64,000 nucleotides of DNA from a virus. The notes beneath the pieces are model-generated. The model ran no database searches and was not told the DNA's origin. It was given only the letters and a program-made list of their open reading frames with translations. Location of the stretch: the IMG/VR virus record IMGVR_UViG_3300033148_002122, positions 32,001 to 96,000 of that record; one strand, written 5' to 3'. Made by a program: the position numbers and the translations under genes. Positions 50,336 to 58,006 of the stretch are shown here, piece by piece. Position 1 is the stretch's first letter; every line of letters begins with the position of its first letter.

Positions 50336-50820
50336 TATTCCTCCTCTATTGAAACCGTGGCATTACATTTGGTCTGGTGTACATAGTGCCTTACGCTCAT
50401 GCCTTGGGCCTCAACCTTTGGCATTCTTCTCAGCAGGGATACCAATACTGATATTTCACCCTCAATTCTTCTGGAATCAAATGGTTTTGCCTCACGCACA
50501 CACCTGACTCCACCTCTGGGACCAACCCTAATGATTCCCCAAAACTCTGGAACCTCACTGTCCTTAAACGCAGACTCTGGACCAAAGTAATATCTATACA
50601 TACCCATTCCAAGCCCAGGCCATTCTCTGAAAGGTTTTTTAGAATCTGATAGAAAGTCAGATCGGTTTGCCTTGCACTCAACTATAGCAGATATTCCCCA
50701 CGGGGAGAACCCTATTGCGTCTGGTTGTTCAAACGCTGACGTAACAATCTCAGTCGCTACGACTGGGTATTTTTTCTTGAGGAATATCGCTGCCTTTTCT
50801 ACTAGTTCATCGTGTGTCAT
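50335..50820 (-). CDS. PD-(D/E)XK nuclease-like protein (MmcB-like)
   Basis: EQPDAIGF...VECKANRSDFLSD...GMGMYRYY. Confidence 0.75.
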   Translation of the reverse strand: MTHDELVEKAAIFLKKKYPVVATEIVTSAFEQPDAIGFSPWGISAIVECKANRSDFLSDSKKPFREWPGLGMGMYRYYFGPESAFKDSEVPEFWGIIRVGPRGGVRCVREAKPFDSRRIEGEISVLVSLLRRMPKVEAQGMSVRHYVHQTKCNATVSIEEE

Positions 50821-51647
50821 CAGAAAGTATCGTCATCATGGGTATCCTCTAGGGCATCCATCATTAACTGCTGGTCCTTAAGTGTATAGCACACCTTTTT
50901 AAGATCACAGTATCCACATTCCCAATTATCATAGGGAAGTACTGGAGGAAGCATTTCTTTCCAGTCATCGTCTTCTGCCTCAAGAGCGGGTTTAACGGCT
51001 TTGATATATCTTTCAATTTCTTGTTCAACCTCTGCCATATCCATTAGCTTGGCCTTGCCAATCTTCCAGCCGTCCATACTCAGGTAGAATATCTTTATGT
51101 TCTGGATGTCAATAACAGTGTCTCCAACTTTCTTACCCTTGGTAAGCCAGCGATAGATATTACCCTGAACCTTGTGCTTAATGTATGCGTACTGGAATGC
51201 CGGGAGCTTTCCAACAGACTTGTAGTCGTATAGTGTCTGAGTATTTAGGTCTATGAAATCAAATCTTCCTGTAATTTTTACTCCAGCAAATTCTTTTTCA
51301 AATCTGATCTCAGCCGTTTCGTTCTTTGTGCTGTCTACATACTTCTCAAACATATCGTGGAACATAGTTCCTCTAATGGCAGGAATGGTACTGATTGGGT
51401 CGGCTCCCCATTCATACTTTTGTTCAAGCACTGTTTTTCTAGGGCAACTACCAACCTTGGAGGCTGAGTATGGACTACGTTCTTTGCTATCCCGCCATGT
51501 CTGGTGGATTAATCTTATCAATGGTGCAGTAAGTTGACACGGATTTTCTCCAGTCTCTACGCACTCAAGACATTTCTCCATTGTCATAACCTCAAAAGAA
51601 CCCTTTCCTCTAGGTCTGCTACTACAATGTATTTTAGTTACTGGCAT
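50820..51647 (-). CDS. Cas4/RecB-like PD-(D/E)XK exonuclease
   Basis: SCPRK, RGTMFH, ITGRFD...LYDYKS, QGNIY and C-terminal CGYC...C (Fe-S cysteines). Confidence 0.85.
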   Translation of the reverse strand: MPVTKIHCSSRPRGKGSFEVMTMEKCLECVETGENPCQLTAPLIRLIHQTWRDSKERSPYSASKVGSCPRKTVLEQKYEWGADPISTIPAIRGTMFHDMFEKYVDSTKNETAEIRFEKEFAGVKITGRFDFIDLNTQTLYDYKSVGKLPAFQYAYIKHKVQGNIYRWLTKGKKVGDTVIDIQNIKIFYLSMDGWKIGKAKLMDMAEVEQEIERYIKAVKPALEAEDDDWKEMLPPVLPYDNWECGYCDLKKVCYTLKDQQLMMDALEDTHDDDTF

Positions 51648-52275
51648 TATTCAACCTCATTATTTGATTAAGTCTTTCCATTATTTTTATTGTCATGAGT
51701 ACATCAACGTCTGATGCGTGGGCACCCTCTTCCCAAACATCTAGGTGCATAGCCATAGTTTCTAGCTTAAAGTTTGGAGGCTCGGTTATAAAGCCAAGAA
51801 CGTGCGCCCACTGAGCAAGCTGTAATACATCAAGGTAACGATAACTGAATCCGTGTGTCCAGCGTCCAACGTGTTTGTTTCTCTCAAACAAGAAGTGCAA
51901 GAATCTTTTGTCAAATACTACGTTGTAGCCACACAGAAGTCGGTAGCCGTCACCAGTAGTGCTGCGTATCCAGTTAACTAAATTCTGTAGTGCTTGGTCC
52001 TCTGGTATACCCCGCCATGACTTATCTAGAGTGATACCTGTAATTTCTAATGCTTCTTTTTCAATCCTTGCCCACGGTTGCCTAGCTATTTTCGTTTCAA
52101 AGTTGTTGGGTTCAATCTCAAACGTATACGCAGGCTTGCCTCCATCCTCATTCTCAGATACACGTTTTCTGTTGACTACAGAGGCACTGATAGTTAGTAT
52201 TTGATTCTTGGATGGACTTGTTTTTCCACTTGTTTCTACATCTAGGACAACCATTGTGTTCCAGTTTTCAGCCAT
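51634..52275 (-). CDS. DEDDh 3'-5' exonuclease (DnaQ-like)
   Basis: VLDVETSG, GYNVVFDKRFL, LDVL, AHASDVDV. Confidence 0.9.
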   Translation of the reverse strand: MAENWNTMVVLDVETSGKTSPSKNQILTISASVVNRKRVSENEDGGKPAYTFEIEPNNFETKIARQPWARIEKEALEITGITLDKSWRGIPEDQALQNLVNWIRSTTGDGYRLLCGYNVVFDKRFLHFLFERNKHVGRWTHGFSYRYLDVLQLAQWAHVLGFITEPPNFKLETMAMHLDVWEEGAHASDVDVLMTIKIMERLNQIMRLNNASN

Positions 52276-52289
52276 TATATTAACCTCTT

Positions 52290-52517
52290 TTATTTTTTCT
52301 CAAACCATATATAGGGTAGGTAGTCCCTAAGTGTCTTGATTGTACTGGGCTTCAGCTTGGCCGCGATGAAGTGCATTTGCATTTCTCTAGCGTAGTGGGT
52401 ATCATACGCAGCAAGCTCGGAGGCAAATCCAGTAAAGAAAGCAGCCTGTTCTTCGTCTGACAACACAGCAAGTTTGGCACCCAGAAGATCCCATTTAATG
52501 CTGATTACTTCCATCAC
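52290..52517 (-). CDS. Hypothetical protein
   Basis: AGGAGG RBS, 75 aa. Confidence 0.65.
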   Translation of the reverse strand: MMEVISIKWDLLGAKLAVLSDEEQAAFFTGFASELAAYDTHYAREMQMHFIAAKLKPSTIKTLRDYLPYIWFEKK

Positions 52518-52557
52518 TAACCTCCTATAGTATACACAATGATTGCGTCTACAACCG

Positions 52558-52746
52558 TTATAGACTGATTCGTGTGTTCCAGGCTTTTGGATATTCTTTT
52601 CCAGATACCCCTGTTTTTTCTAGCCAAACAATAAGCCCTTGTGCTGGGCACTGACCGTCTCCGTATGGATGTTCCATAAAGTTGAACCCTAGAGATTTTT
52701 CAAGTTCTAACCCACAGAATGGACACGGCTTTAGCTTCTCGTTCAT
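52558..52746 (-). CDS. Lar-family restriction alleviation-like protein (start revised)
   Basis: MNEKLKPCPFCG...AWNTR signature; ATGA overlap with the upstream stop. Confidence 0.7.
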   Translation of the reverse strand: MNEKLKPCPFCGLELEKSLGFNFMEHPYGDGQCPAQGLIVWLEKTGVSGKEYPKAWNTRISL

Positions 52747-53258
52747 GGGGCATCCTTTAAAAAGGCACGGGTGCGGCAGTGCCAGCACACCCTCGACGGA
52801 CAGTCGGCAGGGTCGGTACATTCGCAGTACTCATCAACGGCCTCCTCCTCCAACAACTCCATCGCCCTGTCCAGCTTGGCGCTGAAGTAGCTGGCCTTCT
52901 CGCGGAGAGTTTCGGTGATGTTGTGCGTCTCGGACATAAGGCTGTCGTACCTGTTGTGCCAGAGGTGTGCCGTCTCTTGTGCGGTGTCCAGCTTGGACTG
53001 GAGGGTGATGATCTCTCGCCGGAGCGGCTTGGTTGCTTTTATTCGCTGTAGCCTCTCCACCTCTGCCTGGAGGGTGTCACGCTCCTTGGCATACTCATCG
53101 TTGTAGTCATCTATCATCCCGTAGAGGCTACCCACTTCAGCCTGGAGGGCTTCGAGCATGGCGGCGGCGGCGTAGCCGGAAGCAAAATGTCCCTTATCAT
53201 CGGAAGTTCTGCATTTTGTCGCCATCTCCTGCACCTCATCAGGTGGGTAGTGCTTCAT
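52743..53258 (-). CDS. Coiled-coil protein with C-terminal Cys cluster (start revised to MKHYPP); paralog of 54552..55004
   Basis: GGAGGAG RBS and ATGA overlap at 53255-53258; shares YPPDEVQ, AAAMLEALQAEV and LREKASYFSAKLDRAME blocks. Confidence 0.7.
   Translation of the reverse strand: MKHYPPDEVQEMATKCRTSDDKGHFASGYAAAAMLEALQAEVGSLYGMIDDYNDEYAKERDTLQAEVERLQRIKATKPLRREIITLQSKLDTAQETAHLWHNRYDSLMSETHNITETLREKASYFSAKLDRAMELLEEEAVDEYCECTDPADCPSRVCWHCRTRAFLKDAP
52864..52908. repeat. 45-bp exact direct repeat, copy 1 (copy 2 at 54691-54735)
   Basis: gccctgtccagcttggcgctgaagtagctggccttctcgcggaga at both sites. Confidence 0.9.
53132..53168. repeat. 37-bp exact direct repeat, copy 1 (copy 2 at 54857-54893)
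   Basis: ccacttcagcctggagggcttcgagcatggcggcggc at both sites; a third 23-bp block at 53228-53250 and 54974-54996 has one mismatch. Confidence 0.9.
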
Positions 53259-53440
53259 GGCTTCTCCTCCTCTGCCCTGTCTTTTCTGGCAAGCATCCCG
53301 CGCACTCGCCGCCATGTTATTGTGAAGTGCCTACTATCTCCATGAGGACCGGCGTAGATTTCTATGCCTTTTGTGTCTTCGTAATACCAACAGTCATGGC
53401 ATGGATCATATGGGCTCCGCTTCAGGTGCTTATTGCTCAT
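53255..53440 (-). CDS. Hypothetical protein
   Basis: 61 aa, coupled to the next gene. Confidence 0.55.
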   Translation of the reverse strand: MSNKHLKRSPYDPCHDCWYYEDTKGIEIYAGPHGDSRHFTITWRRVRGMLARKDRAEEEKP

Positions 53441-53468
53441 GCTCTCTCCGCTGGTAACTCATATCCCA

Positions 53469-53996
53469 TCACTTCTCCTCGGGGTTAGGGTGTAGGGTGG
53501 CACGGGCGTGAGCCTTGAGAGCAGGGATTCCTGTCGGCCTTCCGCACTTACATCTGTTCGTATCCCCGCAAGCGCCAGCAATCCAGTCCAGTGCCTCCAT
53601 GGCTCGGTCTAGCTTCCCGTCCGACTTGCCACGCCGAGCGCCCTCTGCCACAAGCTCCTTGGCCGCCATGTCACGCTCGGCCTTGGCGTCAGCTACAGAG
53701 TTGCGTTCTTCCTGCACCTCCATGGTCAAGTCGTTGCAGTTCTCCACCGCCTCTCTCGCTAGGGCAATGGCTTCGTGGATAGCAACGATGAGTTCGCGGT
53801 CTGGAGTCGTGGCGTCGATGTTGGGCTGGCCGTCCGCGTCATTCCCCGGCATCAGCACATGCCGCCCCTGGCCCTGCTCACCCTTCGGGGCCAGCCTCCA
53901 CCAGCTACAGCCATTTAGCCACTCCCACGGCCCCGGTGTCGCCGCATCTCTCAGTGCCTCCAGCTTCTCCAGGCGTTCGGTGAGGTTAGGCATCAT
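53469..53996 (-). CDS. Ead/Ea22-like protein
   Basis: LEALRDAATPGPWEW...DRELIVA motif, then a coiled coil ending KLDRAME. Confidence 0.65.
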   Translation of the reverse strand: MMPNLTERLEKLEALRDAATPGPWEWLNGCSWWRLAPKGEQGQGRHVLMPGNDADGQPNIDATTPDRELIVAIHEAIALAREAVENCNDLTMEVQEERNSVADAKAERDMAAKELVAEGARRGKSDGKLDRAMEALDWIAGACGDTNRCKCGRPTGIPALKAHARATLHPNPEEK

Positions 53997-54153
53997 CGGC
54001 CTCCTCAATTTCCCTGACCATCTGCGCCATGAGCTTTTTCTGCGCTAGCGTCAGTCGCTCGTAGAACCTGACGGCTCCCAAGGCTTGATAGGCGTACTCG
54101 GCATGGTAGAAGTACATGGCGGCGACTTCTACTTTGCTCGGGGCTTCACGCAT
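53986..54153 (-). CDS. 55-aa hypothetical protein (start revised to MREAPS)
   Basis: GAGGAG RBS and overlap with the upstream stop; the longer listed ORF overlaps a better gene. Confidence 0.55.
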   Translation of the reverse strand: MREAPSKVEVAAMYFYHAEYAYQALGAVRFYERLTLAQKKLMAQMVREIEEADDA

Positions 54154-54565
54154 CTCTCTCCTCCTCTGTGGGCTGGCAGGCAGGGCAGGGAACTTGTCTC
54201 TTGATATCTCCAAGGCGAGGCGGTTCGCCAGGTAAATGGATGACATGGTACTCGGGGACGACCTTGCTTCCCCCGCACTCGCTGCATGGCTGGCAGGCGG
54301 GGCAGGCAGCCATGAGCCCAGTGAATGGTTCGCGGTGCTGCTTAGCACCGTTGCACAGGCTACACGGCTCCCCGTCTTTGGTGTCGATCTTCTCAAGGAT
54401 CGCTTGCTTGAGGTACACGCAAAGGTCCAAGGCTTCCTCGTAGGCGTCCTGAAGGGCGTCTCTGCCGTTGTGCGTGGTCAAGGGCTCCCCGTACTCGGTG
54501 GCACCTTTGGCAATACGAGCAGCGAGGTCAGCTTGCACTAACGGCAGCACTTCAATCCTTTCCAT
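54146..54565 (-). CDS. MazG-like all-alpha NTP pyrophosphohydrolase-like domain fused to a zinc finger
   Basis: KGATEYGEPL..HNGRDALQDAYEEALDLCVYL followed by CSLCNG, CPAC, CSECGG, CPAC. Confidence 0.55.
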   Translation of the reverse strand: MERIEVLPLVQADLAARIAKGATEYGEPLTTHNGRDALQDAYEEALDLCVYLKQAILEKIDTKDGEPCSLCNGAKQHREPFTGLMAACPACQPCSECGGSKVVPEYHVIHLPGEPPRLGDIKRQVPCPACQPTEEERDA

Positions 54566-55004
54566 TTCTACCCTCCTTGGCGTCAGGCGCTTCGCTGTCG
54601 AGGCGGGAGAGGGCAGCGTTCAGATTAAACCAGAACAAACTATTCCCTGGTGCTGAACTCAGCGTTATCGCCGCCTCCACCACCTCCATAGCCCTGTCCA
54701 GCTTGGCGCTGAAGTAGCTGGCCTTCTCGCGGAGAATCTGTTCCTGTTCGCAGTGTGTGGCGTTTTCTTCGCCCAGCTTGGCCTGGAGGGTGTCAGCATG
54801 GCGCGTGATGGCGTCGCATTCATCTCGGCGCTCCCTGAACTTCCCGCTCAGCCTCTCCACTTCAGCCTGGAGGGCTTCGAGCATGGCGGCGGCAGCGACC
54901 AGTCCCTCGCAAGTAGCCTCGTCGAACATGGGCTGTAATTCTATCGCCAGTGCGCGGAGTGCCCTTGTGGTTACCTGCACCTCATCAGGCGGGTAGCTAG
55001 GCAT
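54552..55004 (-). CDS. Coiled-coil protein; paralog of 52743..53258
   Basis: Same conserved blocks with different spacers and C-terminus; TAATG coupling at 55004. Confidence 0.7.
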   Translation of the reverse strand: MPSYPPDEVQVTTRALRALAIELQPMFDEATCEGLVAAAAMLEALQAEVERLSGKFRERRDECDAITRHADTLQAKLGEENATHCEQEQILREKASYFSAKLDRAMEVVEAAITLSSAPGNSLFWFNLNAALSRLDSEAPDAKEGRNGKD

Positions 55005-55471
55005 TATGCCTCTCCTTTTTTATTTGTTGGTTTAAACACTAGGGCTTCCCTGGCAATAACTGTTGCGGTTGAGACTGGGGATTTTCCTAGTCCAACAATA
55101 ATTTCGTAGTGCTTAATGATGGCCTCCAGTGCTTCACGATAGTGCAGAGTCTCTATAGAAAAATCAATCTCACGCAGATTTGCTGCGTGTAGTAAACTCC
55201 GCAACTGACTAATTTCTTTCTGGTTCGCTTCTGCTACGTCTTTCCAGTACCAATGTGTTAAACCCTTGCCACCAACGGCAAGTACACGCAGCTTTCTAAC
55301 TTCTTTCGCAAGTACGTGCAGGGCATCTGCCATGCTGGAAGCATATTCATATAAATTACTATGGCCTTTGCGTGAGGATTCGGCGTGATCTTGGGCACGA
55401 CTTGCTACTGTAAGAGCTTCGTTCACTTCCATTGGTTGATTAGTCATCGGGATCTTCTTTCTTTTTCCCAC
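55004..55471 (-). CDS. Hypothetical coiled-coil protein
   Basis: 155-aa ORF in the coupled gene string. Confidence 0.6.
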   Translation of the reverse strand: MGKRKKIPMTNQPMEVNEALTVASRAQDHAESSRKGHSNLYEYASSMADALHVLAKEVRKLRVLAVGGKGLTHWYWKDVAEANQKEISQLRSLLHAANLREIDFSIETLHYREALEAIIKHYEIIVGLGKSPVSTATVIAREALVFKPTNKKGEA

Positions 55472-55751
55472 GATTCATCTTGGTAGCGTTTTGTTTTCTT
55501 GCGTATAGTATACGCTGGGATTCATTTTTATTGGCTTTCCCACTGTCTGATCCAAGTCTAAAGGGATATAGTGTACACGTTTTTGACGGACAATCCTTAA
55601 CGTCTTTGGTTGATCCACCCGCACATTCGAAACAGAATGCATGAATAGCAAGTTTACGTGTGTGACCACGGTTTTTGTACCACGTAAGTCTTCTCTCAAA
55701 TTTTTCTAATTCTTCATCTGCTTTTTTATCTTTTCGTTTTTTAACAGGCAT
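55440..55751 (-). CDS. Small Cys4 phage protein
   Basis: AIHAFCFECAGG...VKDCPSKTCTLYPFRLG motif common in phage hypothetical proteins. Confidence 0.7.
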   Translation of the reverse strand: MPVKKRKDKKADEELEKFERRLTWYKNRGHTRKLAIHAFCFECAGGSTKDVKDCPSKTCTLYPFRLGSDSGKANKNESQRILYARKQNATKMNRGKKKEDPDD

Positions 55752-55760
55752 ATTTCCCCT

Positions 55761-55796
55761 AAAAGCAACCGCCCCCCAGAGGGGGGACGGTCTTTT
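55761..55796 (-). terminator. Intrinsic terminator, possibly bidirectional
   Basis: AAAAG..ACCGCCCCCC-AGA-GGGGGGACGGT-CTTTT with A and T tracts on either side. Confidence 0.7.
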
Positions 55797-55799
55797 GGT

Positions 55800-56123
55800 T
55801 TACCAGCGAGGCCAGCGAACTCCGTTGTAGGCATGACTAACCTGAATAAAGTTACGCTTCTGTGGACGTTCCGTAACCTTAAATACTACCTCAGTACCAC
55901 GCATTCCACTCATATTAGCAGCCACGTAGTTACTCTCACGAAGTCTACGTGCGGCTCGTTCATACGTTTTACCCAATCGGGTAATACCCTTCTTGTTCCA
56001 GTACTCTGCACACTTTGTGCGTACCTGACTGTTAGTGTATGACTTCTTATTAGTAGCTCTAAGCCACTCGTTAACAAGAGTCTCGCTGTTGGTTTTGTTT
56101 GTGAAAGTCTTTCGTCTAGCCAT
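55800..56123 (-). CDS. Basic hypothetical protein, possibly DNA-binding (start revised to MARRK)
   Basis: AGGAG RBS before ATG 56123; K/R-rich; followed by a terminator. Confidence 0.65.
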   Translation of the reverse strand: MARRKTFTNKTNSETLVNEWLRATNKKSYTNSQVRTKCAEYWNKKGITRLGKTYERAARRLRESNYVAANMSGMRGTEVVFKVTERPQKRNFIQVSHAYNGVRWPRW

Positions 56124-56191
56124 AGTTTCTCCTAATCCTAGTTTATAAACTGTAATCCCCATCCTGTTATACCGGTGGCACTGGGGTGATG

Positions 56192-56803
56192 CTACCAGAA
56201 TTCTCTACCGACTCCAATCGTATAGCCTCTGTGATCTGCTGCTAAGTATACCATGTTCCTCCAGATATGTCCAGTAAAAACTGCACCGTAGTGGAAGTTT
56301 TCTTCATCCCATGTTCGTCCTAGGCCAATACCTAGCGAGAACCTAACGATCTTGGGGTCAGCAAATCTAAGTTCTCCACCAAAGACTTGGCTACAACGTA
56401 CCTCAAGCGGCACGGGCTTCCAGCTAAAGTCAAAGTACTGGGGTCCAGTGTAGTACGCGAGATTCAACTCACCGTCTTCAAGTAGTGTATCAAGTCTTGC
56501 AACGTTTGTCAACAACAAAGTTTCAACCACAGTGTGTGTGAAGCTATCTACGTAGGTGTGTACAACACTCACGGTTTCAATCCTAGCTGGTAGCCATCTC
56601 TCTACAGTGTGTTCAACCTGAAGTGTATCGACTATAGTAACTACACTATCTGCATAGATATAAACTACCTCAAGTTCTTTACCCGACTCTATTCCAGACA
56701 GAAATGCCAAAGCTAGGCCAATCACAAAGAATATTGTCCATGCGCCTTTGGTTTTATTTAACTTATTTTGCAAGAAGTTCAGCATGGGCAAACCTTTCCT
56801 CAC
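56192..56803 (-). CDS. Membrane-anchored protein with C-terminal amphipathic beta strands (spanin-like candidate)
   Basis: TM WTIFFVIGLALAFLSGI; ends FSLGIGLG...YGAVF...GYTIGVGREFW with a terminal aromatic residue. Confidence 0.55.
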   Translation of the reverse strand: MRKGLPMLNFLQNKLNKTKGAWTIFFVIGLALAFLSGIESGKELEVVYIYADSVVTIVDTLQVEHTVERWLPARIETVSVVHTYVDSFTHTVVETLLLTNVARLDTLLEDGELNLAYYTGPQYFDFSWKPVPLEVRCSQVFGGELRFADPKIVRFSLGIGLGRTWDEENFHYGAVFTGHIWRNMVYLAADHRGYTIGVGREFW

Positions 56804-57056
56804 ATTTTATTATTCCGTAGGTTGAATACCTAGGAAATTCTTTAAATGGTTGTGACTCCCATACTTGGTTCATAGTACAAAATATACGCTTAAGGAATAT
56901 TAGGGCATCTTCTACGCTATGAAATATATCTGTGTTGTACGTTCCGTTATTGCCTCTAAATTCAGCTACCCATTTATTATCTTTTTCATGTGGTTTTTCC
57001 CATATAATGTAGGTATCTCCATCAGGAAATACTTTTATCCATGCCCCAAGTTTCAC
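56763..57056 (-). CDS. Hypothetical protein
   Basis: 97 aa, GTGA overlap with the heptose kinase stop. Confidence 0.55.
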   Translation of the reverse strand: MKLGAWIKVFPDGDTYIIWEKPHEKDNKWVAEFRGNNGTYNTDIFHSVEDALIFLKRIFCTMNQVWESQPFKEFPRYSTYGIIKCEERFAHAELLAK

Positions 57057-58006
57057 AGCTTCTCCATTACTTCATCTAGTTCTACTGGATTAACTCCAAA
57101 TTTAGTTACTGAGATCTCAGCTATTTTTTGTACAAGACCAAGTTTACTCTCTCTGTCTTCCTGTGGTTCATACGGAGTAAGTAACAGGGCAGCAGCGGCA
57201 GTCACTGTGTCACCAGCACCACACGCATCCTGTACGTGAACCTTATCGGCTGGTATGGTTGCTAGATAGTTGAAGTGCTTGTCAATATACCACATACCTT
57301 TATCACCTAGTGTAACAAGTGTATTACACGTAGCTTCTTTATACATCTGTATGTATGCTTCCCACTCATAAGTATTAGGTGTGTACACTACTTCAAGATT
57401 GTCACTTCCTGCCTCTAGCCTATACCTCTGTTTTGAATCAATTATAAAAAACATCTTTTTTCTTGTGCTATGTTTTGATAGCAATCTATACAACGAGTTA
57501 ATAAAATCTTGATTTGTCCCAGACTTACCATAGTCTGATAGGATTACCGAATCTGGTCTATTCTGATCCAGGTAGTAGTCTATCTTATACATAATATTCA
57601 TTACTTCAGCCTGAGTCATCTCGCCATACTTGTGTTCTTCATCTAGTCGGCAAACGTGGTGTCCGTTGCACACTATTCTTGTTTTTACTGGGGGTCTAAC
57701 GTCATGCACATTTATAGCTACAAAAGGAAAATCAAATATAGACGTTGTATGCCCAGTCAACGAACACATGACAGGCTTACCACCAAGTGCATGGATTGTC
57801 TTTGCTACGTTGGTGGCACCGCCATCGGCTTCCCACTTTTTTATAGTACCTCCAATTACAGGCACTGGTGCCTCTGGGGATAACTTTGACTCCGTGCCTT
57901 CAATGTATTTGTCAATGATGTGATCACCAATTACAAGTATATTCTTATTACTTGAATCACTGAGATACTTACTGGTTTTCTCGTAGCCTTCCTTACTAAA
58001 ACTCAA
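57053..58006 (-). CDS. RfaE/HldE-type heptose-7-phosphate kinase domain (PfkB family)
   Basis: ILVIGDHIIDKY...SPEAPVPV, GGATNVA, KTRI..RLDEE, ILSDYGK, TPN, VTLGDKGM, DACGAGDTVTA. Confidence 0.88.
   Translation of the reverse strand: MSFSKEGYEKTSKYLSDSSNKNILVIGDHIIDKYIEGTESKLSPEAPVPVIGGTIKKWEADGGATNVAKTIHALGGKPVMCSLTGHTTSIFDFPFVAINVHDVRPPVKTRIVCNGHHVCRLDEEHKYGEMTQAEVMNIMYKIDYYLDQNRPDSVILSDYGKSGTNQDFINSLYRLLSKHSTRKKMFFIIDSKQRYRLEAGSDNLEVVYTPNTYEWEAYIQMYKEATCNTLVTLGDKGMWYIDKHFNYLATIPADKVHVQDACGAGDTVTAAAALLLTPYEPQEDRESKLGLVQKIAEISVTKFGVNPVELDEVMEKL

Larger units (their letters stand above)
52747..55004 (-). other. High-GC island of six small coupled ORFs
   Basis: Abrupt composition shift (39/60 G+C at 53581-53640, against AT-rich flanks); boundaries coincide with gene junctions. 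Confidence 0.8.

Noticed and set aside
50820-51647. Cas4-like gene as part of a CRISPR-Cas locus
   Set aside because: No cas1/cas2 or array; stand-alone Cas4-like nucleases are common in phage replication modules
49975-51647. Single DTT and DST occurrences in early proteins
   Set aside because: Isolated hits at the expected background level, not counted as evidence for the sequon
52521-52557. Possible sigma70 promoter on the - strand (TTGTAG-N16-TACTAT or TATACT)
   Set aside because: Weak -35, poor spacing, and the start site would fall within the RBS
52864-54996. Repeat pairs as a DGR template/variable region
   Set aside because: The blocks are short and essentially identical rather than differing at adenines, both copies are coding, and there is no reverse transcriptase in the window
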